Positions 1 through 10,804 of a stretch of DNA of 48,980 nt are shown here, piece by piece. Positions within the stretch are counted from its first letter, which is position 1, and the number at the start of each line of letters is the position of its first letter. The notes below the pieces were generated by a model. It was not told the origin of the DNA, did not search any database, and was given only the letters and a program-made list of their open reading frames with translations. Position numbers and translations under genes: made by a program. Origin of the DNA: Trichomonas gallinae (Eukaryota); assembly GCA_008369845.1 (NCBI GenBank), contig MRSU01001426.1:1-48980 (forward strand). Reading direction: 5' to 3'.

Positions 1-412
1 TGGAAGAAAAATAATAAAAAAATTCTAGGTTTACAAAGGTCTCAATATTGAGAGAAAGTGGACTTTACTTTTTGCGGCTATACTACTTAATCAATTATTA
101 CACTTGAGTTGTGTTTTCAGGTTACACAAATGTTTAAAGAATGGTAGCATGATTAAATTAGAGAAAAAAATTCAAAATATTTTTATCAATTAATTTTTTA
201 TCGATATGATATATATATTATTGCAAATTTAAATATAAATTGTTCTATATATGCTATAATGATAGAAGATTAATGTTGATTTTTTAGAATTCAAAAAGAT
301 TTTCTGAATATTTGAGTTAGGCGAAAACCATTCCGTAAAAACCGATAATTAGCTAAAAGTTAGTATATTTCTAGTAAAATAAGTATAAATTTTCAATAAC
401 CTTAATTAATTC

Positions 413-2656
413 ATGATTTGTTTTTTTCTTTTTGCGTTGAGGGTTGATCAGAATTATGAATCTCTCAAGCATTTTTCATTCACTCTGGATGATATCGGTC
501 TATCTATGATAAAATTAACACTGTATGGCATTGATAAATCTTCCGTCAGTGTTGCATCAATTGCAACAATCGAATCCAAGCCATTTTACGCACAGGTAGT
601 ATCTTTGCCAGAAAAATTCGAGTTTAATAATGCAGATGTCACGCTTACAACTATAAATTCTTCAGCATTTAATCAAACTTTGATATATTACATTAATTTA
701 CCTTCGACTATAACTACAATTGCAGGTTGGTATGGAGGAAACTCGCAAATCAGATCGGCAAACTTTTCGCATCTAAAAATCGAAATTTTACCGCGCGCTG
801 TCTTTGGAGATTGCACAAAATTAGAAACAGTCAATTTACCGCCAATACTCAAATACATCCCTCCATTCGCTTTTTATAAATGCCGATCAATTCGAAATAT
901 TGAATTTCCAAACAATACAGATATAAGCAGTGCAGTGCAAGCATTTGCTTATTGTTCTCTGCTGAATTCATTGAATATGATAAATATTAATGCAACAAAA
1001 ATTCCAGAAAAAATGTTTTATTATTGTTCATCTCTTTCAGAAATAAGCGTAATCAATGAGAATATAAAAGAAATAAGTCCATACGCATTCTTCAAAACAG
1101 CTTTAGTCAATATTAATGTTTCAAAGAATACAATTTTATATGATTCGTGTTTTCGAGGTTTAATATCATATAATCCAACAGTAGAACTGAGTTGCTCATA
1201 TATACCATCAAGTTGCTTCGCAGATTGCAACAGATTATATTCAATAAAATTAAATGAAGGTGTTTTAATAATTGGACATGGATGTTTTCATAGAACACCA
1301 ATTGAGTCAATTACTATACCTTCTACATTGACTGAAATACATGAAAATGCATTTTTAACAAATACAAAATTGCGTGTTTTTAATGCTTCACACGCTAGAG
1401 TTAAATATATCGGTACAAAAGCCTTTTATGGCACAAACATTAAAACTGCTTGTTTTTCTGATAGTTTGCAAACGATTTATAATTTTGCATTTGCAGACAG
1501 TCAAATTAGCGAATTCTACTTTGGAAAAAATATTACAAATCTCGGAGAAGGAGTATTTAGCAGCTGTAGAAATCTGGTTAATGTTGATTTATCAAAAATT
1601 CAAGCAACTTATTTAAACGGGAAGCTATTTTATAGATGCACCAACTTAGAAAGCGTTATAGCACCAATACGCGATAAAATAGATATTGGAAGTTCTTGTT
1701 TTGAAGATTGTATTTCATTGAAGAACATATCAATCAGCAACAATGTTTCTGTATCATCTTCTGCATTCAAGAACTGCAAATCTTTAGTTGTGTTTGAATT
1801 TGACTTCTGTTTTCAACTCGCTAATGATGCATTTTTTGCAGCAAATAAATTAGTGCATTTTGGGCGTCATGTTCCAGATGGAGAACAAATACCACATGAA
1901 ATAGACTTAACCAATGTTCTTTGCTATGATATTGGTAATAATTTATTTACATATAATACAAATCCAGTTAATTTAACTTTCGGATCGGGAATAGGAAACA
2001 TTGGAACAAATGCATTCTCAGGCTGCACGTCAATTGAATGTATTGATTTTAAATCATCCAAAATTTCATCAATTCCAGAAAAAGCATTTGTAAACTGCAT
2101 AAGTATCCGCAGAATATACTTAGGGCCTAAATTATCAACAATTCGAGCCTGTGCATTCTCTGGATCTAAAGAAATTCATATTTTCTCTTGTTATCAGCAG
2201 AGTGTAACAGTAGAACCTACTTCTTTTGATCCAGATGTGCATATAATATATTATTCATACTATGAGCGTGCGTATTTCAACAACACTAAAGCAGATAGAA
2301 TTTTGAAATGCTACAAGCCTAATCAAGGCATACCAACACCCTTGCCGACAGCAGAACCAATACCTGCTGATTATGGACGTCTTAAATTCTCACAGTTCGT
2401 TAGAAGAACGAATGAGCCAGTTTTACCAGCCCCGACGTTTTATCACAACATTAAAATAGAGAATTATTGGACCGACGGCAAACACGAAATTGGAGAAGTC
2501 AGATATTTCTCGATTTTATCTATTGCTTTTATTATAACTTTTGCGACATTAATCATCGGTTTGTTTGGTTTCTTCATCTACAAAGTCATCAAAGACAATG
2601 ATGTATATACACACAAAGATAATATTGGTGAAGAAAATTATAGAGCGTTTTTATAA
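413..2656 (+). CDS. BspA-like (TpLRR/LRR_5) leucine-rich repeat type I surface protein
   Basis: Many repeats of the type LxxIxxxAFxxCxxLxxI (e.g. LKYIPPFAFYKCRSIRNIEFP, IGNIGTNAFSGCTSIECIDF); short hydrophobic N-terminus; Pro-rich stalk IPTPLPTAEPIP; one TM helix (SILSIAFIITFATLIIGLFGFFIY); short tail ending YRAFL. Confidence 0.93.
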   Translation: MICFFLFALRVDQNYESLKHFSFTLDDIGLSMIKLTLYGIDKSSVSVASIATIESKPFYAQVVSLPEKFEFNNADVTLTTINSSAFNQTLIYYINLPSTITTIAGWYGGNSQIRSANFSHLKIEILPRAVFGDCTKLETVNLPPILKYIPPFAFYKCRSIRNIEFPNNTDISSAVQAFAYCSLLNSLNMININATKIPEKMFYYCSSLSEISVINENIKEISPYAFFKTALVNINVSKNTILYDSCFRGLISYNPTVELSCSYIPSSCFADCNRLYSIKLNEGVLIIGHGCFHRTPIESITIPSTLTEIHENAFLTNTKLRVFNASHARVKYIGTKAFYGTNIKTACFSDSLQTIYNFAFADSQISEFYFGKNITNLGEGVFSSCRNLVNVDLSKIQATYLNGKLFYRCTNLESVIAPIRDKIDIGSSCFEDCISLKNISISNNVSVSSSAFKNCKSLVVFEFDFCFQLANDAFFAANKLVHFGRHVPDGEQIPHEIDLTNVLCYDIGNNLFTYNTNPVNLTFGSGIGNIGTNAFSGCTSIECIDFKSSKISSIPEKAFVNCISIRRIYLGPKLSTIRACAFSGSKEIHIFSCYQQSVTVEPTSFDPDVHIIYYSYYERAYFNNTKADRILKCYKPNQGIPTPLPTAEPIPADYGRLKFSQFVRRTNEPVLPAPTFYHNIKIENYWTDGKHEIGEVRYFSILSIAFIITFATLIIGLFGFFIYKVIKDNDVYTHKDNIGEENYRAFL

Positions 2657-3281
2657 TAAAGTTTGTTTATATATTTGTTATGAACCAATCTCTCATTCTT
2701 TTTCTTACACTCTATTCGAAATTTTTCTAAATTTTCAAATTTCAATAATATATAACAAAAAAGCTAATGAATTATGCAAAAAATCTATGATAGCAACGCC
2801 TTTCTTGTTTGTAGGTACATTTATTATGATAAAATTTCTTGTTTGTTTTTTATTATTTTAAAGTATATGAAGGTTAAATAGCATGATATTCTGAAATTAT
2901 AGTTATGCATAGTGTTTAGAAAATCATACTACTTATATCTTTTTTATTGTCGATTTGTAATATGTTTTATTCTGCAAATCTGCTTTATCTTATATTATAC
3001 AATGAAGAAGTATGAGCAAAAATAGCTGCAATATGGTAATATCTTGAGAGTAAATTCCAAAGAAATCAAAATGTTTGATTAAAAGCTCGAAACCTCGCAT
3101 ATCTACTGTTTCTGCATTAATTCATGCGTATTTTGAGAAGTTGCTGATTTTTTTAGGTTTTTTATTTTGTCAAATTAAAGGTGTCTAACAAAAAGTAATT
3201 ATTTTGATAAATATCATATAAAAATCGAAAAATAATGCTATGGTAAACGCATTTATCTGACCCATCAACCATAATTTTATA

Positions 3282-3758
3282 ATGTGCAATTGCCATAAGG
3301 ATGCGCAGAAACTCGAGAGAATCGACAAAGAGCAGCTCGAAAAATGTGCAAACGATATAGATAAGCTATTCAAGGATAAAGTCTTTTCCATTATCTTTGA
3401 TGATAAATGGAGCCAAATTTTTAATCATGCATCAAACCAAGATTTTGGCAACGAACAGCTGGGAAAGTTAGATAGTATTAAAGAATACATACAAATGGGC
3501 GAATCGGCGATAAATCAATTAAACGCCGGAAATCGATCTGACGAAACCAAAGCGAAGTCGTTTAGATTGTTTTGCCACCAGAGTAGGATATTTACTTTTA
3601 TACTAAGGCACGATTATCATTTAGTTATCATTAACAAATGCGGCAATCAAGGTCCGCAGCCTGACCCAAATTTCGATTCATCATTAACAAGAATAATAGC
3701 ATCGATAGTTAATTCAATCCCAGCTCTATCTTCTACAAATATTCCTCTAGAATTATAA
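3282..3758 (+). CDS. Hypothetical protein, possible Roadblock/longin-like small alpha/beta fold
   Basis: 158-aa ATG-started ORF, richer in GC than its flanks; apparent helix-strand-strand-helix-strand x3-helix pattern (fold is inference). Confidence 0.7.
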   Translation: MCNCHKDAQKLERIDKEQLEKCANDIDKLFKDKVFSIIFDDKWSQIFNHASNQDFGNEQLGKLDSIKEYIQMGESAINQLNAGNRSDETKAKSFRLFCHQSRIFTFILRHDYHLVIINKCGNQGPQPDPNFDSSLTRIIASIVNSIPALSSTNIPLEL

Positions 3759-4581
3759 TTTTTCGTTTTTATTTAACGAAGAATTCAGTGTGTTCATTGT
3801 ACAACTCTGATCGTTTGTAGTAGTGTTTATGCGATTTGTTAGTGCTTTTTTAAAGATTTATATTCCATATTTTTACAACTTTAGTTCCCGTTTAGAATCT
3901 ATATGATATACATCATCCTATTTAATTTTCTGAATGAATCATCGCTTTATAACTGTTCCAAAACAAAAACCACTATTTGAACAATTTATAATATTTAACA
4001 AACAACCATAATACTTTGTCAACTGAATGAAAAGTATATAAAACATCAAACGATTGCTTAAATTTTGGTTTAAAAAGGAAAAATTGAAAAAGCCATAGCA
4101 ACAGCTCTGATATCTAATAATATATGTAAATATGTAATTTGTTAGACACATATCGGTCAATTTACCCATATCCTCCTCATTCCCATTGTGGAAACAAACA
4201 ATCAAGAGATTTAACACGCATTGATTATATAACACTAGAATGCCTTACTATCTTCACCACATAAATGAGGAATACTGTCACCTCACCATTAAATTTTTTG
4301 GTTTCCATAAGAATGAATTAGAATTTCAAATTATGACAAGAGAATTATAGCATTATATGCTAAAAAGTGAAACTATCCTTGTGCATACTATGAATATGAT
4401 CTTAACCAAGATTTTTCTAGAAACGTATTATATTCATAGTTAGGCATCATAATTGTCGTTCAAACGGCTACATTATAAACAACTTAGAGGCAAAATAAAA
4501 CAACTGAAGAAATTAAATATATATTTTAGTTTCCAAATATTATCTAACATGCAATAAATTAATTATTGCTTGGAATGAATT

Positions 4582-6096
4582 TTAGATTTCTTCCTTAATC
4601 TGTTCATCAGCAGATTCTTCTTCAACTGGTTTTTCAGCATCTTTAGGCGTTTCTTCTTCGTCTTTATTCTCTTTTTCTGTCCATTCATCCTTGACTTCTT
4701 CTGTTGTTTTTTCTTCGTCTTTATTATCCTTTTCTGTCCATTCGTTTTTGATATCTTCTGCTGATTTTTCTTGTGGCTTTTCTTCTTCATCTTTATTCTC
4801 CTTGCCTATCCATTCATCCTTGATTTCTTCTGTTGTTTTTTCTTCATCTTCAACTTTACGTTTCGGTCTAACTTTTGGCTTCTTTGGCTCGAATTCTGCT
4901 TCTTCGCCATAAGGGTTATATTCGCCTTTTATTTCGCCTTCTTCTACTTCGACATCTTCAAGATCTCCATCTGAGTCTTCATCATCAGAAAGCAGCTCTT
5001 CATCAGGGATCTGGATTCCATCACCTTCGCCAATTTCAGCTCTTCTTTTAGCGATTTTCTCTTTCCTTAATTTCTCTTTACGTTCGCGCGTCATATTTGC
5101 CTTGTGTTCGAGTTTAAGCTTCTTGAGTTTGCCGAATTTGTCAGCCTTGTCTGCGTATTCTTCGCGATCTTTATCATTGTCAGCGACTTCAGCGGCCGCT
5201 TTATAGATTTGCGCCATTGAGTCCTCTTCTTCACCATAGTCGTTTTCTTCTTGTATCCTCATCATCTCTTCTCTGTAATTCTTGAGATCTTTGAGCTCTT
5301 GTTCACGATCTAACTCGGACGCAAACTTTAAGACTTCCTTATATGCATCGTGAGAAAGTTTGCACGCGATGTCGAGCTTCGTGTAGTTCGATCTGTCCTT
5401 CTGTTGTTTGAGGACCTCAAGCTTGGCTTCGAGCTCAGCTTTCTCTGTTTCATTGACGCAAGCTTTGATGTCTGAGCGAATTCTATTTCTCTCAAGTTTG
5501 TCAGCAGGAATGAACTCTTTGAGCTTCTCCATGAGTTCCTCCTTCTTGGCCTGGTTGAGGCGTGCATCAGCTTTGTCGACAGCTGTGCGAATTAGTTTTT
5601 CTTGTAATTTAATTTGTTCATGTAATGCGACAATCTCAGGATTTTCTTCATCCTTTTCTTTCTTTTTGAGTTGCTTGTAGTTATTGTAGACTTGTGCAAG
5701 AATTTCCTTCGCGAGAATTTTTGGAAGCGTTTTTTCTGTGATTGGGATATGTACATCTGTGATATTTGGTGAGTGGACAGTAACATATACGTCTGGCTCT
5801 TGGTCAAGGTTGTTTATATCTGGTTGCTCCGGCTGTTCAGGTTCTTCGTATAAAATTCCCCAATCTATTGGTAAATGCTCATAAGCGGCAACGTATTGTG
5901 CTGCCGTTTGGTATGCATCAATGAGTGGTGAAAGGCTGCGTGCGAATCCAGGGACGTGGCAAGCACAAACAATTAAAAGTGGTGACATTCCATCGATCTT
6001 GGACGCGTAAGTGTCTTTACTGTACATTTCTAGTGGGATACCAACAGGATCTCGCCAGGCTAAAGCCGAGAATACGAAAGCGAAAATCATACTCAT
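4582..6096 (-). CDS. Signal-peptide protein with degenerate thioredoxin-like N-domain, coiled coil and acidic repeat tail (putative ER-luminal protein)
   Basis: N-terminus MSMIFAFVFSALA; segment PLLIVCACHVPGFARSLSPLIDAYQTAAQ resembles the PDI first domain without CxxC; ends in KEEI; Inr-like TCATTTTT just upstream on the minus strand. Confidence 0.8.
   Translation of the reverse strand: MSMIFAFVFSALAWRDPVGIPLEMYSKDTYASKIDGMSPLLIVCACHVPGFARSLSPLIDAYQTAAQYVAAYEHLPIDWGILYEEPEQPEQPDINNLDQEPDVYVTVHSPNITDVHIPITEKTLPKILAKEILAQVYNNYKQLKKKEKDEENPEIVALHEQIKLQEKLIRTAVDKADARLNQAKKEELMEKLKEFIPADKLERNRIRSDIKACVNETEKAELEAKLEVLKQQKDRSNYTKLDIACKLSHDAYKEVLKFASELDREQELKDLKNYREEMMRIQEENDYGEEEDSMAQIYKAAAEVADNDKDREEYADKADKFGKLKKLKLEHKANMTRERKEKLRKEKIAKRRAEIGEGDGIQIPDEELLSDDEDSDGDLEDVEVEEGEIKGEYNPYGEEAEFEPKKPKVRPKRKVEDEEKTTEEIKDEWIGKENKDEEEKPQEKSAEDIKNEWTEKDNKDEEKTTEEVKDEWTEKENKDEEETPKDAEKPVEEESADEQIKEEI
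4650..4850 (-). repeat. Intragenic tandem repeat, 3 copies of about 19-24 aa (EEKTTEEIKDEWxxKENKD)
   Basis: EEKTTEEIKDEWIGKENKD / QEKSAEDIKNEWTEKDNKD / EEKTTEEVKDEWTEKENKD in the translation; approximate bounds. Confidence 0.85.
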
Positions 6097-6537
6097 GCGG
6101 CCAAAATAAAAATGATTTATCTACATGATGTCAAACAACTATTTACGCCATAACAAGCCTATCTTTCACATAATGTCTCATTTCATTTAGATTTTTTGAT
6201 CAAAAATAAAATTATTTCAAATCATTAAAAATAAAACAAAATTCTTTATTTTCTAGATGTACGTAGTCATATGGCTGATCTTCGGTTGTTAATTTGGATG
6301 GAAAAGTATTTTTCAACAAATCTGTTAGTATTCCATGCAAATATAGGTTCGAATTGAGTATATTGGGGAAACTGATACATGCAAACAACTTTAATAAACT
6401 TTAGTATTTCAAATAAAATTCTTGGATAAATATTTCGATTTGGGACATATCTATATTAAAATCTACATAATAAACAAAAGAATGAACAGCGCAATTGAGT
6501 AAATCAGTGGAATACGCATTATATTAAAACGACAAAA

Positions 6538-7473
6538 TTATTTTTGTGGAATTGGCTCAAGAACAGTGAATGGAACGTAACCTTCCATGCCGTTTGATGT
6601 TCTAATTTTCATCCAATCAGCAAGCGATGTATTAATTGCCGAAACTTTTTCTCCTTTCTTCACAGAAATCTCACCGACCTTTGATCCGGTGAAATCATTG
6701 GTGCACTTCATTTCTAGTTGTGGTGAATCAAACTGAACATAATGAACAGGGGCAACATGAGGTGATCTAAAACCTTGAAAACCAGTTCTAAAAACTTTGA
6801 TACATTTTGCGAAAACTTCGTCATGCGTTATTAACTTTGGCTCCTTCTTGCAGTTTCCTGCGTAAGGAAATGCATTAACAAATCTCGCGTTCATTGTTTG
6901 ATAGAATCCATATTCGAATTTGGACAGGCGCTGATCGATATCTCTAATATCTTGGAAGTTATTCATAAACGCTTTCTCTAATTCATCCAATGCATTGGCA
7001 TATCTTAGATATCCGCAGTGAGCATTGTATCCTGACTGCTGTAATTCTCTGATTTCATAACCTAAGCCGTTATGTGTATCATCGACAAAATTTTCGTATA
7101 AATCTTGTAATTCTTCTAAATTCTGTTTCAGGAACTGATTGACTTGATTTATATTTGTTACACAATTTTGAATGAATTGTTCCACCTTTTTAAGCGTATC
7201 ATCACTAATATTTGCTAGAACATTATCACAAGCTTTTGTTGTTGCATCAAATGTCGGTGCTGCACTGCACGCCAGCATTGGATGAGATGTGTGACCTGCT
7301 TTAGATAGCTGGGATGTCGCTTCAGAGATTTTTCTTAGATAATTTTTGGCATCGTATATCCATTTCACAGATTTTTCGAGATGCTTTTTAGATTCTAAAG
7401 CCATATCAGTTGCCAAGCTGATGGACAAGGCAACATTCTCGGCAGCTTGTTTCTGTCTGTGGCTGTTTTTCAT
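6538..7473 (-). CDS. SH3-domain protein with N-terminal helical (BAR-like) region
   Basis: C-terminal SH3 signature CTNDFTGSKVGEISVKKGEKV...DWMKIRTSNGMEGYVPFTVLE; preceding ~200 aa are amphipathic-helical (BAR assignment is inference). Confidence 0.85.
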   Translation of the reverse strand: MKNSHRQKQAAENVALSISLATDMALESKKHLEKSVKWIYDAKNYLRKISEATSQLSKAGHTSHPMLACSAAPTFDATTKACDNVLANISDDTLKKVEQFIQNCVTNINQVNQFLKQNLEELQDLYENFVDDTHNGLGYEIRELQQSGYNAHCGYLRYANALDELEKAFMNNFQDIRDIDQRLSKFEYGFYQTMNARFVNAFPYAGNCKKEPKLITHDEVFAKCIKVFRTGFQGFRSPHVAPVHYVQFDSPQLEMKCTNDFTGSKVGEISVKKGEKVSAINTSLADWMKIRTSNGMEGYVPFTVLEPIPQK

Positions 7474-8272
7474 TTATTTGGCAAATAAATAAACAGAAAA
7501 GGAAATTTTTTTGAGGTAAAAAATGTTTTTTGTTTTAGATAAAAGAATTTATATATTTTTGTTGAATTGAAGGTTTATCGATCAAACCTTTTCAATTTTC
7601 TCACTTTTGTATGTTGTCACTTTTGTTTTGTAAAATCATAAAACTTTACAAATTACATCAAAAAGTGTCACATGATCTGAAATCCACTCAATTTTATTGC
7701 ATAATTCCTCAATACTATACAATAATAAGCTATTTTTCGACTCAAATCAAACTTAAACTTTAATCAATTTTTTTTTATTTTTCAAATGTGTTTATGACAC
7801 CTAGGACTTCATCTAATAGTTAATTATAATCAAATAACTTCAAAACTCTCTTGTCTGGAGTAGATATGATCAACACATTAATTTCGTATGATTGAACAAG
7901 ACTGATGAGCAATAACAGCCTCATTAATATATGTGTATAGGCCATTATATGAATGATATTAGATTGTCATGCTGGAAATGCGAAAAAATCTATTATATAT
8001 TTTTCATGTTAATAAACAAAAGGTATATCACGATAGTTGACATTATAAAACAATTACAATCATTATATATACACTATTCTCCTCGTGTATATCCTTTTAT
8101 TCGTTATTAAACACTGTTTTCGAAATAGAATAGAAAATATTAAGCGATAATATATATTTTAAATCATTAACAATACAATAAATTTGTATGTAGTTAAGTC
8201 ATATAATATCCAGCATTTATAAATATATTAAATTCAAATATCGAATTGAAATTTCATTTTTGAAGGATGAAA

Positions 8273-8741
8273 ATGTATTTCTTTTGATATATGAGTATAT
8301 ATTTGAGCAATACAGATTGTTTATATGCATATTGTTCAATAATATATTATTGATGTTGAGAAATTAATCAAATCAAATCTTTGAAACATTAGAATGGATT
8401 TCTTTTGATGTATTAGAATATAATTGAGGAATATATATTGTTCATATGCAAATTGGTCAATAAAATCTTGCTTCTGTAGATAAATGAATCAATTGAATGA
8501 TATCTAATCTTTGAAGCATCAATAAGAATTTATTATGAGATATCAGCATATATATAAGTAGTATAGATCAATGCGATAGGAATGGAATGAAAATATCTTA
8601 CTGATGGAATGATATTAATCAATCGAATCTTCGAAGCATCAATATGGATTTCTTTTGATGTATGTGTATATAGTAAATGAGTGTAAATCAATAAGATAGG
8701 AATGGAGTGGAATAATCTTACTGGTGATGAGAAATGAAATC
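8273..8741. repeat. Degenerate ~120-130 bp tandem repeat, about 4 copies, upstream of eIF4E
   Basis: ATG(G/T)ATTTCTTTTGAT at 8273, 8394 and 8644; AATCTT(T/C)GAA(A/G)CAT at 8376, 8506 and 8626; GATAGGAATGGA twice 120 bp apart. Confidence 0.75.
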
Positions 8742-8751
8742 GGAAATCGCT

Positions 8752-8760
8752 GTCACTTTT
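8752..8760 (+). promoter_or_regulatory. Inr-like core promoter element GTCACTTTT
   Basis: Matches the trichomonad Inr TCA(C/T)T and ends 6 nt before ATG 8767. Confidence 0.65.
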
Positions 8761-8766
8761 ACAAAC

Positions 8767-9273
8767 ATGGATGAGTTTGATGTTCATCCGCTACAGAACG
8801 AGTGGACATTCTGGATTATTCAGATAAAGAGAGTTGGCTCTGGCGTGCAGTATGACATTGAGCCAGTTATTACATTCGGAACTGTGGAAGCTTTTTGGAA
8901 TACATTTCTTCAGTTTCCGGAGCTAGATGGAATTAAACTAGGTGGTATTGCTTTGTTTAAGGCTGGTATCAAGCCCGCGTGGGAAGATCCAGGAAATGTT
9001 GGCGGTCAAGCTTGGACGCTTCATCCAGACTCATTTACACAGAAAGAATGGCAAGATGTTCTCGTAAAAATCATCAGCGGATCATTTGAACAAACACTCG
9101 GTGACCATGCACCTCCACTTTGCGGTTTTACAGCACAAAGGAAACAAAATGGAAAACTTGTTACGGAACTTTGGTTTGGACCGGGAGTATGCGAACAGTT
9201 AACTGTACAGAAAGCTATTGGCATCACTGGAAAGAATCCAAATATCAAGCAGCATCCAAGAATCGCTCAATAA
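8767..9273 (+). CDS. eIF4E: Eukaryotic translation initiation factor 4E family protein
   Basis: HPLQNEWTFW, FGTVEAFW, GIKPAWEDPGNVGG and ELWF motifs; start moved from 8734 to the in-frame ATG 8767 after the Inr. Confidence 0.93.
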   Translation: MDEFDVHPLQNEWTFWIIQIKRVGSGVQYDIEPVITFGTVEAFWNTFLQFPELDGIKLGGIALFKAGIKPAWEDPGNVGGQAWTLHPDSFTQKEWQDVLVKIISGSFEQTLGDHAPPLCGFTAQRKQNGKLVTELWFGPGVCEQLTVQKAIGITGKNPNIKQHPRIAQ

Positions 9274-9510
9274 TTGTAATTACCTTGTTTATTTGCTTTA
9301 TGATTATAGTATTCTATAAAGCAGCTATTATATATACTTTGTAATAAAAATAATCGTATTTCTCGAAATTTTTCAAATACGAAATTTGGAATTTGATATC
9401 ATAGAACATACAGATTGCAGCAAATTTCGTTCTAAGTGATAAAAATACCAAAAATAATGGATAAAACATAGATTTAATATTTCATATATTAATAACAAAC
9501 AACAATTCAT

Positions 9511-10804
9511 TTATTTTCCGTCCCCCAATTTGTTGTAGCAGTTAAGGCAAACAATAACAGGCTTATCTGAAACACCTTTGACAACGACTCGATATTTTAG
9601 GCAATCTGAGCATGCTATGGCACCACATGATCTACAGTGGTGTCTTCTATTGTATATAGTATGCTGCTGATGGCAAATTGAGCAAGTTGTAGTTGTCTTA
9701 TCGGGTTGCCACAACGGAGCCACTTCAAAGTCCGTTTCATCACCAAATCTTGCTACTGCAATTGCATTGTCCAATGTATCGTACCAAGATTTTGCTTCAT
9801 CGAGAGATTTGAATTGTAATATGAAAGATTTTCGCGGAGTAAATACGTTAAGGAGGAAATTTTCGCCTGTTTTAAGTAGTAATTTCATCTTGTTTAGCGG
9901 ATACACCGCTGGAACCATCCACATTCCGCCATGAGGCTGCGCATAAACGAAAAAGTCAGAAAACAACACAATGGCGCGTTCAGTGACATCTTTCCTGCAA
10001 TGTTTGAGACATATTCCTTGTCTGATAAATCTTCGTCCGTTTTCAACGATAGGAAATGGCTCGATAATGAAGTTCTTTGCGATTTTCTCGAGCATTGGTA
10101 ATGAATCCGCCGCATTGAGAATGTTTTTGCAATTGTTTGCGAAATCAGCTAATTCGGCTTTCTTGTTTATTCGAATAAATGATGTTGCTTTCAACACTAG
10201 GTTAGATATATCTGATAAGTATCTGAATGGCTCACGTAACATGTAAATTACAGGATGGCCGACAAACAACCTATCCGAATATGTGAGAGAAAACGCTTGT
10301 ACCATCGGCTCTATGTCTAAATACTTCTCTATATAGTTTTGATGCAAAGCGACGACATTAACTGTATGAATAATTTCGTTAAAAAATATAAAATAATCAG
10401 TTATAGGATTGTAAAGAACTCTTGACAGTGAATTTAGCAATAATATGTGTATTCTATCGAGACCTTGTAGTGCTGATGTTAATCGATTAACTAGAATATC
10501 GAATTTTGGTTTTACATTTGTGAATAATTCCTCTTTTATGTATTTAATCTTTTGTATAAACTCTCGTTCACGGCAGTAGATTTCAATTACTAATCTGATT
10601 TCGGGTGTATCCTTTCGCAATAAGTCAATCAGAAAATAATCTGTGCTTTCTAGACCAGGAATCTGTGCGCATACAAACTCGCGCTGGTCAATAAATAACG
10701 GAAACGGTGGTTCTCCAGTGAAAATCCCTTTTTCAGGGAGTGCAAAATTATCAAAGATTGAAGGTTGCAAAATTTTTGATTTTTCGGCAGGGGTTGTAAC
10801 GCAT
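9511..10804 (-). CDS. DH-PH-FYVE RhoGEF (FGD/frabin-like); 5' end needs a 1-nt frameshift (indel or pseudogene)
   Basis: DH-like VIEIYCREREFIQ; PH RRFIRQGICLK...VLFSDFFVY...SFILQFKSLDEAKSWY; FYVE WQPDKTTTTCSIC...RRHHCRSCGAIACSDC...VCLNCY; track start 10857 is TTG; ATG 10804 follows an Inr but is 1 nt out of frame. Confidence 0.85.

Noticed and set aside
2565..4235. Short ORFs 2565-2861, 3185-3391 and 3939-4235
   Set aside because: AT-rich F/I/L/N/K-biased translations or overlaps with real genes; no domain signal
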